32,254 nucleotides of DNA from Candidatus Sulfopaludibacter sp. SbA3. GTDB taxonomy: Bacteria > Acidobacteriota > Terriglobia > Bryobacterales > Bryobacteraceae. Location: NCBI GenBank assembly GCA_900290315.1, contig OKRF01000113.1:6481-38734 (forward strand). Reading direction: 5' to 3'. Below the pieces are notes generated by a model, which had not been told where the DNA came from, ran no database searches, and was given only the letters and a program-made list of their open reading frames with translations. A program made the position numbers and the translations under genes. This document shows, in pieces, positions 25,603-32,254 of the stretch (its first letter is position 1; every line of letters starts with the position of its first letter).

Positions 25603-27615
25603 ATGGGCCGCATCCGGATCCTTCCCGATCAGGTCGCCAATAAGATCGCTGCTGGCGAGGTGGTGGAGAGGCCTGCCTCCGTCGTCAAGGAGCTTCTGGA
25701 GAATTCGCTGGATGCCGGCGCTACGGAGATTCGCGTCGACGTAGAGTACGGCGGACGGCGCCTGATCCGCATTGTGGATGACGGCTGCGGCATGCTTCGC
25801 GACGATGCCCTGCTGGCTTTCGAGCGCCACGCCACCAGCAAATTGCGCGACGTGAAAGACCTGCTCTCCATCGCCACGCTTGGGTTCCGCGGCGAAGCTC
25901 TGCCCTCCATCGCCAGCGTCTCGCGCCTCTTGCTGGAGACGCGCTCCGCCGAGGAGACCACCGGCACGCGCATCGAAATCGCCGGCGGCAAAATGTTGCG
26001 CTGCGAAGAGGCGGCGCTGGGCGGCGGCACCGTCATCACCGTGCGCGACCTGTTTTACAACGTCCCCGCGCGCCGCAAGTTTCTGCGCACGGAACCTACC
26101 GAACTGGCGCACATCGCCTCGCTGGTCACGCACTACAGCCTGGCGCATCCCGATAAGACATTCCTGCTGACCAGCGGCGCCGCGGAACTGCTGCACGTCA
26201 CTCCTGTCGCCACTTTGAAGGAGCGTGTCTACCAGGTATTCGGCAGCCAGGTGCTGGAAGAACTGGTGGAGATCGGCGCGCGCGAAAAGCAGTTGTTCAT
26301 CCCCGCGCCCAGCGTGCCGCCCTCGGAAGCCATCGCCGAATACCGCCGCGAAGAGGCGGGCGAGCAGGAGCCCGTGCACGCCTTCCGCATCTCCGGATTC
26401 TTCTCACGCCCACAAGTGCAGAAGGCCAATCGCAACTCTATTTTCATCTTCGTGAACGGTCGCCTGATTCGCGACCGCCTGCTGCTGCACGCGCTCTCCT
26501 CGGCCTATCACAACCTGATGCCGGCATCGTCCTACCCCTTTGTGCTGCTCTTCCTGGAGTGCGATGCCGAAGAGGTGGACGTGAATGTCCACCCATCCAA
26601 GACCGAAGTCCGTTTCCGCCACGGATCGTTCGTGCACGATTTCGTGCGCGACACCATCCGCGAGCGTCTCATGGAGAGCCGGCCCGCCCCTTCGTTTTCA
26701 CCCGCGCCGCGCCACGCTTCCGCGGAACAGCCCGCCGCGCGCCTTCCGTATTCGGAGTTCAGCCAGATGCTGGAGAACGAAGCGCCCGCTGCCGTGAGCG
26801 TGATGGAACAGGAGCCCGCGCCGGTTGAGGAAGCGCTTCCCCAGTTCACGCTCCGCCCCACGGCCGGCCCGGCTCCGCGCCTCGATTTCAGCGCGCCGCC
26901 GCTCGAAGTGACGCCCGGGCCGCCACCTTCGGGCAAACTTTCGCGCCACTTGGACGCCCATGGCGAATTTCCCGCCGATGCCGTGCCCGCTCCCGAAGTC
27001 TCGCTCTCGGCGCTTTCCGATCTGCGCCCGCTCGGCCAGATTCACGAGAGCTTCATCATTGCCGCGGGGCGCGACGGCCTTTGGATCATCGATCAGCACG
27101 TGGCTCACGAACGCATTCTGTTCGAGCAGGTGATGAAGCAGCGCGCCGCCGGCCGCGTGGAAATGCAGCGCCTGCTCATGCCGCTCATCCTGCAACTCAC
27201 TCCCGGGCAGCTCCTGCAACTCACTCCCGGGCAGCAGATCGATTACGCCCGCATTGCCGATGAGTTGCACGCGTCCGGATTCGAGACCGAGCCCTTTGGC
27301 AATCGCACCATCGCGGTCAAAGCGGCGCCTGCCGCCGTGAGCGCTTCCGAACTCGACAAGATCCTCTTCGAGATTCTGGAGGTGGCCGAAGGCGAACTGC
27401 GCGGCGCATCGCTCGACGACCTGCGCCGCAATATCTGTGCTTCCATCGCCTGCCGCGCCGCCATCAAAATCAATACCCGCCTCGACGCGGCCAAGATGGA
27501 GTGGCTGTTGCGCGCGCTCGCCGCCACCGATTGCCCCATGAGTTGTCCTCACGGGCGTCCGATCGCGCTGCATTACTCTACGCGCGAAGTGCTCAAGGCT
27601 TTCCACCGGATCTGA
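25603..27615 (+). CDS. mutL: DNA mismatch repair endonuclease MutL
   Basis: GHKL ATPase N-terminus IAAGEVVERPASVVKELLENSLDAG. C-terminal endonuclease motifs DQHVAHERILFE, SIACRAAIK and CPHGRP. Clamp-binding-type motif QRLLMP. Confidence 0.95.
   Translation: MGRIRILPDQVANKIAAGEVVERPASVVKELLENSLDAGATEIRVDVEYGGRRLIRIVDDGCGMLRDDALLAFERHATSKLRDVKDLLSIATLGFRGEALPSIASVSRLLLETRSAEETTGTRIEIAGGKMLRCEEAALGGGTVITVRDLFYNVPARRKFLRTEPTELAHIASLVTHYSLAHPDKTFLLTSGAAELLHVTPVATLKERVYQVFGSQVLEELVEIGAREKQLFIPAPSVPPSEAIAEYRREEAGEQEPVHAFRISGFFSRPQVQKANRNSIFIFVNGRLIRDRLLLHALSSAYHNLMPASSYPFVLLFLECDAEEVDVNVHPSKTEVRFRHGSFVHDFVRDTIRERLMESRPAPSFSPAPRHASAEQPAARLPYSEFSQMLENEAPAAVSVMEQEPAPVEEALPQFTLRPTAGPAPRLDFSAPPLEVTPGPPPSGKLSRHLDAHGEFPADAVPAPEVSLSALSDLRPLGQIHESFIIAAGRDGLWIIDQHVAHERILFEQVMKQRAAGRVEMQRLLMPLILQLTPGQLLQLTPGQQIDYARIADELHASGFETEPFGNRTIAVKAAPAAVSASELDKILFEILEVAEGELRGASLDDLRRNICASIACRAAIKINTRLDAAKMEWLLRALAATDCPMSCPHGRPIALHYSTREVLKAFHRI
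27188..27235 (+). repeat. Perfect 24-bp tandem duplication inside mutL
   Basis: tcctgcaactcactcccgggcagc occurs twice back to back (27188-27211 and 27212-27235). This gives the in-frame peptide LQLTPGQL-LQLTPGQQ. Confidence 0.95.
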
Positions 27616-30329
27616 CGGCAATCTTGATCGTGAGCTGCTCGCCTTCCCTGACCGTCAGAGGCTCAGCGAGACGCAGCGCCGCCTGCCCGCCGGTGCGCGC
27701 CATCGTGTGCGCGACTGCCTTTCCAGCCAGCGTGACGGAACTGGCCGCGCCTTTGGCGGATGCCATTTCCACAACCTGTGCGGGCAGCGTCCCGAAGAGC
27801 GTAGAGATGGCAAGCTCGGTGCCCGTGGGAGTTTCCCGTAAGGCGAAGGAGCCCCATCCTGTGCCCGTCGACCAGAACGATCGCATCGGCGCCGCGCCGT
27901 TCGGCGGCAGGATCGCGAGACGCTTCTCCGGACCCGAGTAGCGGAATCCGCTGAGCAGCGGGATGGCCGTCCACGCCGCCATGGCGCGCGCGTAATGCGG
28001 ACCGCACTCGCTTTCGTCCCACGGATTGCGCCGCTCGCCATCATAGCGTTTGCGGATGTTCTCGATACACTCCACTCCTTCCTTCCCCATTCCGTAGGCG
28101 AGCATCAACATTGCCGCGGAGTACTCAAAGCCCGTCATCACTTCGGCGAAATACGGAAACGGCACCTCCGGCCGCGTGCCCTTGCCGTAGTCGCAGATCA
28201 CCAGCGCCCCTTCGTCATTCAACGCGAAGGTGCGTTGCACGTTGTCGTGCCGGGTCATGCTGCGTTTGTAGTTGTACTTGTAGATGGATTGCAGCGTCTT
28301 GCGAATGTGGTCCGCATCCACCAGGTGTCCGAGCCCGGCAAACGTCGCCGCGTACTGCCCCACCAGTTGATCCACCAGGCAGCCATCGCCGAGCTGGTAA
28401 TCGGGATGCGCCGGGTCTTCCGCGCCCATGCCCGCAATCAATCCCTTGGCGATCTGCTCCCTGGGGATGCCGTGCACCTGCTGCACGTAATACTCACCGT
28501 TGAAAAGGTGCTGGTCAATCCACTGGCTGGTCAATCCACTGGCGGCCCTGCTCGAACAGCTTGCGATACCCGTCTGCCGCACCGCTCTCTCCCACCGCCC
28601 GCGCCATCTCTTCGCCGGCGCGCAATGCCGCCAGGTAGTAGATGCCGCACATCGGATTCGGGCCGTAGAACTCCACGTCGTAGGTGTTGTGCTGCACGCC
28701 TTCGAAGACCCCGTCGCGGTTGGCGTCCCAGCCGCCGGGGATCCAGGCGAACTCCAGGGCCTTCTTGATATCGGGCCACCATTGGCGCAGCCACTCGGTG
28801 TCGCCGTAGAGTTGCCAGTCGAAATAGGCTTTCACGATCTGGCCCATCTGGCCATCGGCGGCGGCAGCACCGCCGGTCTGATGGTCCAGCGGCAGATTCA
28901 CGCGAATGGGCATGGCGCCATCGAGCTTGGCGGAAAGTTCCAGGTGGGTCTCGCGCATAGAGCGCGCCAGCGTCGGGAACAGGTGATGCGTGGTGGTTTC
29001 GTAGTTCCACACGTGGTCGCAATTGCCATGACAGCAGCCCGATCCCTCCCAGCCGAAAAAGCGCCCGTCCGCGGTGCGGAAGCAGGTGGTGGTGGCCAGT
29101 GTGGACGCGTTGGCCATGGCGGCTTCTCTCACCGCCGCGGGCAGTGTGGTCTCGCGCATGGCGGTGAGAAACTGGCGCATCCGCTCTTCCAGTTCCGGGA
29201 GTTTTTGCGCGGCGTACCGTGCCGCCTGCCAGGAATCGGCGAAGCGCTGGCAATAGTGATTGCCGATCACAGTGTCGCCAAAGCCTGTGTCGGAGCTCCA
29301 GCCCATGCGCGCCGGGGTGCGATTGGGAAAGTGCCAGGCGAGCAGGAAAGTGAACTCAGTCTCCGCGCCGCCGGCAATGGTTCGCTGCAAACACAGAGAG
29401 CCCACGCCGTTGTGCTCTCCCTTCTCGGGGCCCAGTTCGCCGTCTGCAGAGAAATCGTCCCAGTAGAGCAGCGGACTGGTCCACCATCGCGCCTTGGGCC
29501 ACCCACTCAGATGGCTGACGCGCCCGCCTTCGGGGTCCATCACGCATACCGAAAACGAGCCTGCCCGCGGTGCGGCGGCGCCCAGCGATGGGTTGTGCAT
29601 GAAGATTCCGGCCAGACCCTCGGCCGTTTTGAAATCGTTCACTCGCGCCGCCGAGGAAGCGTTCGCACCGCCGCCCTCAGCTATGACGGGGTTATCGATG
29701 GCGAAAGCGATGGCCACCTTGGCCGCCACTTTGCCAGGATTCTTTACGCGATAGCGCAGCACCGCCACCGGCAGGCCGGAGCCTTCCGGATCCAGCGGCA
29801 CGAAAGGCGAAAAGGCCTCCAGCGTGACGTTGACCGGCAAGCGGGAATCGTGAAACGCCACCGTGGCCAGCGGATACTCGCCGGTGAACGTCGCGTCTTC
29901 CAGCCGTGAGAGTCCCGGTGCGTTGTCCGCGCCGAGTCCGGTGCGGCCTTCGAAGGGCGCGAGCATCCGCGCCTCCAGCACGTGTGCTAACGGCTTGGCA
30001 TCGCCGGCCTGCACCCAGATCGCGGGAAATGCATAGGAGGGCGATCTCCCTTTTTCCGACCGGTTGTAGATCTCCCAATCGCGCAACTGCCCGCGCCCGC
30101 CCAGCGCGATCGACCCGGCGCCCACGCCGCCCAGCGGAAAGGCCAGCATGGCCAGCTTGCGGCCGGTGAACTTGCGGGGATACGCTACCGCCGTGAGGCC
30201 GTCTTCGCACGGTCCCGCCGCCGCCGATGCGGCTGTCGCCCGCGCTGCCGTCTGCGCCGGAGCGCTGGCCGCCGCTCCGCCCGCCAGTGCCACGCTCTTC
30301 AGAAAACCGCGCCGTCCCTGTTTCTTCAT
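27593..30329 (-). pseudogene. GH116-type glycoside hydrolase (beta-glucosidase/glucosylceramidase family), Tat-exported, frameshifted by a 16-bp duplication
   Basis: ATG at 30329 gives a Tat leader, MKKQGRRGFLKSVALAGG. GH116-like motifs GRGQLRDWEIYNR and CCHGNCDHVWNYE are present. The frame breaks at 28511-28542. Track ORFs 28515..31184 (only the part downstream of 30329) and 27593..28582 join as ...EQGRQWIDQHLFNGEYY... once one repeat copy is removed. Confidence 0.85.
28511..28542. repeat. Perfect 16-bp tandem duplication (ctggtcaatccactgg x2) disrupting the GH116 gene
   Basis: Units at 28511-28526 and 28527-28542 are identical. Both flanking ORFs encode QWIDQ across the repeat. Sixteen is not a multiple of three. 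Confidence 0.95.
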
Positions 30330-30353
30330 GCTGGAGTAATAACATAAAGAGTC

Positions 30354-32186
30354 ATGAAACGCATCGCCCTCCTTCTCTGTCTCGCCCTGTCCGCCTTCGG
30401 GCAATCGGATGTGGTGGCGATCCGCGGTGCGCGCGTGGTGGATGGCACCGGCTCGCCGGCCCGGGCACAGGTGGTGGTGATTCGCCGGGGGCGCATCGAA
30501 TCGGTGGGCGGCGCCGCGCCCGCGGGGGCGCGCGTAATCGATGCCGCCGGACAAACCCTGCTTCCCGGCCTGTTTGACCTGCACACGCACCTCACCGCCT
30601 CCGCCGCCACGGGCATCTCCGGCGACTGGGGCAAGAATCTGAAAGCCTACCTGGCCTGCGGCATCACCACCGTCAACGACTACTCCACCAGCGCCGAGAT
30701 GATCGCACCCATGCATCGCCTGCTGGCCAGCGGCGCAGTGCCTGGACCGCGCGTCAACATGGCGATCCGCCTGAGCACTCCCGGGGGCCACGGTACCGAG
30801 GCCGGATGGGGCGACTTCATGACGTACCAGGCGAGCACTCCCGAGCAGGCCCACGCGGAAATGAAAAGCGTGCTGGCCTACAAGCCCGATGTCATCAAAG
30901 TGTTCACCGACGGCTGGCGCTACGGCGGCGCGCCTGACCTTTCCAGCATGAATCTGGAAACGCTCACCGCCATCGTGGCCGACGCCCACGCTGCCGGCAT
31001 CAAAGTGTTCACCCACACAGTGACTCTGGCCGGCGCCAAAATCGCCGCGCGCGCCGGTGTGGACGTGCTGGTGCACGGCATCGGGGACGCTCCCGTGGAT
31101 GCCGAACTCATCGGTCTGCTCAAGGCCAAAGGGACTTTCTACGTTTCCACCCTGGCGGTTTACGAATCGCATCAGCTTGCCCATCTCTCTGACCGCGTGC
31201 TGGCACTGCTCGATCCTCCCTCACGGGAAGCCATCGCCGCTTCTGCGCGGCCCACGCCCATCCCGCCGAACGCGGCTCGGCAGCAACGCTGGCAGAATTT
31301 GCTCTCCAACGTGCACCAACTCAACGATGCCGGAATCCCCGTAGCAGCCGGAACCGACGCCGGAATGGCCGGCACGTTCCATGGCTTCGCCGCGCTGCAT
31401 GAGCTGGAACTGCTGGTGGAAGCCGGGCTGACCCCGTTGCAGGCCATCGCCGCCGGTACTACCGTGAGTGCCCGCGCGCTCGGCGTGGAAGGCCAGCGGG
31501 GCGCCATCGCGCCAGGAAAAGTCGCCGACCTGGTGCTGATCGATGGCCGCCCCGACGAGAAGATCGCCGATATCGAAAAGACCAGCCGCGTTTTTCTGAG
31601 CGGAGTGGAGTTCGATCCCCGCGCCCTGGAAGCGGCTATCCAGGCTCCCAGCCAGACGGCGCTACCCGCCACGCCCGTGCCCGCGCTCATCGATGACATG
31701 GAGCGCACCGATGGCCGCACACAACTCGGCACTCTGCGCGTCAACGCCACCGATGCCGGCGTGGATCATTCGCTCATGCTGTTCCAGCCCATCGTGCGCG
31801 CACCGGGCGATCACGCCCTCATGGTGCAGGCACGGATGGCCGCCAGGGACCGGCCGTTCGTGCGATTGGAATTCCCGCTCACACCAGGTGGCGTGGAACT
31901 GGCCGACCTCACCGCCTACACCGGCATCTCTTTCGACGCCCGCGGTGAGGGCTCCTGCCAACTGATCGTCAACAGTTACGGTGACCGCACGTCCGATCCT
32001 TACCGGGCACCCTTCTCCGCGGCCGCCGAGTGGCAAACCATCCGCATCCCCTTCGCGACTTTGCATCGCCGCGCCGCAGACACCGACTCGTGGACCCGGA
32101 ACGATGCCCGCGCCTTCCTCTTCGAGCTATCTGCCGCCGCACAGACCAGCGCCTGGCTGGAACTGGACAATGTGAAGCTCTACTGA
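30354..32186 (+). CDS. Secreted amidohydrolase-family metallohydrolase with an extra C-terminal domain of about 190 aa
   Basis: Signal peptide MKRIALLLCLALSAFGQ. N-terminal IRGARVVDGTG, the HxH metal motif DLHTHL and AAGTDAG. The C-terminal region (about LIDDMERTDG...LELDNVKLY) looks like a beta-sandwich (CIA30/CBM-like, tentative). Confidence 0.85.
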   Translation: MKRIALLLCLALSAFGQSDVVAIRGARVVDGTGSPARAQVVVIRRGRIESVGGAAPAGARVIDAAGQTLLPGLFDLHTHLTASAATGISGDWGKNLKAYLACGITTVNDYSTSAEMIAPMHRLLASGAVPGPRVNMAIRLSTPGGHGTEAGWGDFMTYQASTPEQAHAEMKSVLAYKPDVIKVFTDGWRYGGAPDLSSMNLETLTAIVADAHAAGIKVFTHTVTLAGAKIAARAGVDVLVHGIGDAPVDAELIGLLKAKGTFYVSTLAVYESHQLAHLSDRVLALLDPPSREAIAASARPTPIPPNAARQQRWQNLLSNVHQLNDAGIPVAAGTDAGMAGTFHGFAALHELELLVEAGLTPLQAIAAGTTVSARALGVEGQRGAIAPGKVADLVLIDGRPDEKIADIEKTSRVFLSGVEFDPRALEAAIQAPSQTALPATPVPALIDDMERTDGRTQLGTLRVNATDAGVDHSLMLFQPIVRAPGDHALMVQARMAARDRPFVRLEFPLTPGGVELADLTAYTGISFDARGEGSCQLIVNSYGDRTSDPYRAPFSAAAEWQTIRIPFATLHRRAADTDSWTRNDARAFLFELSAAAQTSAWLELDNVKLY

Positions 32187-32213
32187 GATCCGACTCTCTC
32201 TCGAAAATGCCCG

Positions 32214-32241
32214 GTAACGCCGGCGGTCTCCGCCGCCGGTA
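32214..32241. repeat. GC-rich hairpin repeat, copy 3 (gtaacgccggcggtctccgccgccggta)
   Basis: It has the same gtaacgccggcggtct...ccgccggt framework as 7577-7603, with a loop one nt longer. It starts 28 nt after the amidohydrolase stop. Confidence 0.75.
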
Positions 32242-32254
32242 TAGCGAGCGAAGC

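Noticed and set aside
27593-27615. A 23-nt overlap of the convergent 3' ends of mutL and the GH116 gene. A 4-nt overlap of the SGNH and ABC-F stop codons lies at 23176-23179.
   Set aside because: Short convergent 3' overlaps are common in compact high-GC genomes and need no special explanation. I note them only for completeness.
30330-31184. N-terminal 285-codon extension of track ORF 28515..31184, upstream of MKKQGRRGFLK.
   Set aside because: The extension overlaps the well-supported amidohydrolase gene on the opposite strand and has a shadow-ORF composition. The internal ATG at 30329 gives a canonical Tat signal peptide.
1-32254. Search for tRNA or rRNA genes, CRISPR arrays, IS elements or transposases, integrases and phage genes.
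   Set aside because: I saw no cloverleaf-like or rRNA-like segments, no regularly spaced direct repeats, and no ORF with transposase or integrase motifs. The only repeats are the short elements listed above.

Overview
High-GC bacterial chromosomal segment. It is most consistent with Acidobacteriota, an inference from a TIGR03435-type 'FEVASIKPS' protein, a PEP-CTERM protein, and several Sec/Tat-exported hydrolases.

About 25 genes are supported.
- Housekeeping: rlmN, an M16 peptidase, the minus-strand run recO-glyQ-glyS-ppdK, an ABC-F ATPase, and mutL.
- Accessory: a His-motif membrane protein paired with an exported HxHP-motif protein, an SDR, a complete AmmeMemoRadiSam module, a PEP-CTERM protein, an S41 peptidase, an orphan B12-binding radical SAM enzyme, an SGNH hydrolase, a small-protein/nucleotidyltransferase pair, a GH116 glycosidase, and a secreted amidohydrolase.
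- I saw no rRNA, tRNA, CRISPR array, transposase or phage genes.

Main observations:
1. The function-unknown AmmeMemoRadiSam system is present, with Memo and AMMECR1 fused into one polypeptide.
2. Three slippage-type lesions lie within about 4 kb. They are a perfect 24-bp in-frame tandem duplication in mutL just after its clamp-binding motif, a perfect 16-bp tandem duplication that frameshifts the GH116 gene, and a 1-nt frameshift in the nucleotidyltransferase gene.
3. A perfect 35-bp-arm palindrome sits between convergent genes, and a diverged half-copy lies upstream of mutL.
4. A GC-rich hairpin repeat occurs three times in intergenic DNA.
5. An uncharacterised membrane-protein/exported-protein pair may handle a metal.

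Many long ORFs in the track are antisense shadows of real genes, as expected in high-GC DNA, and were rejected.
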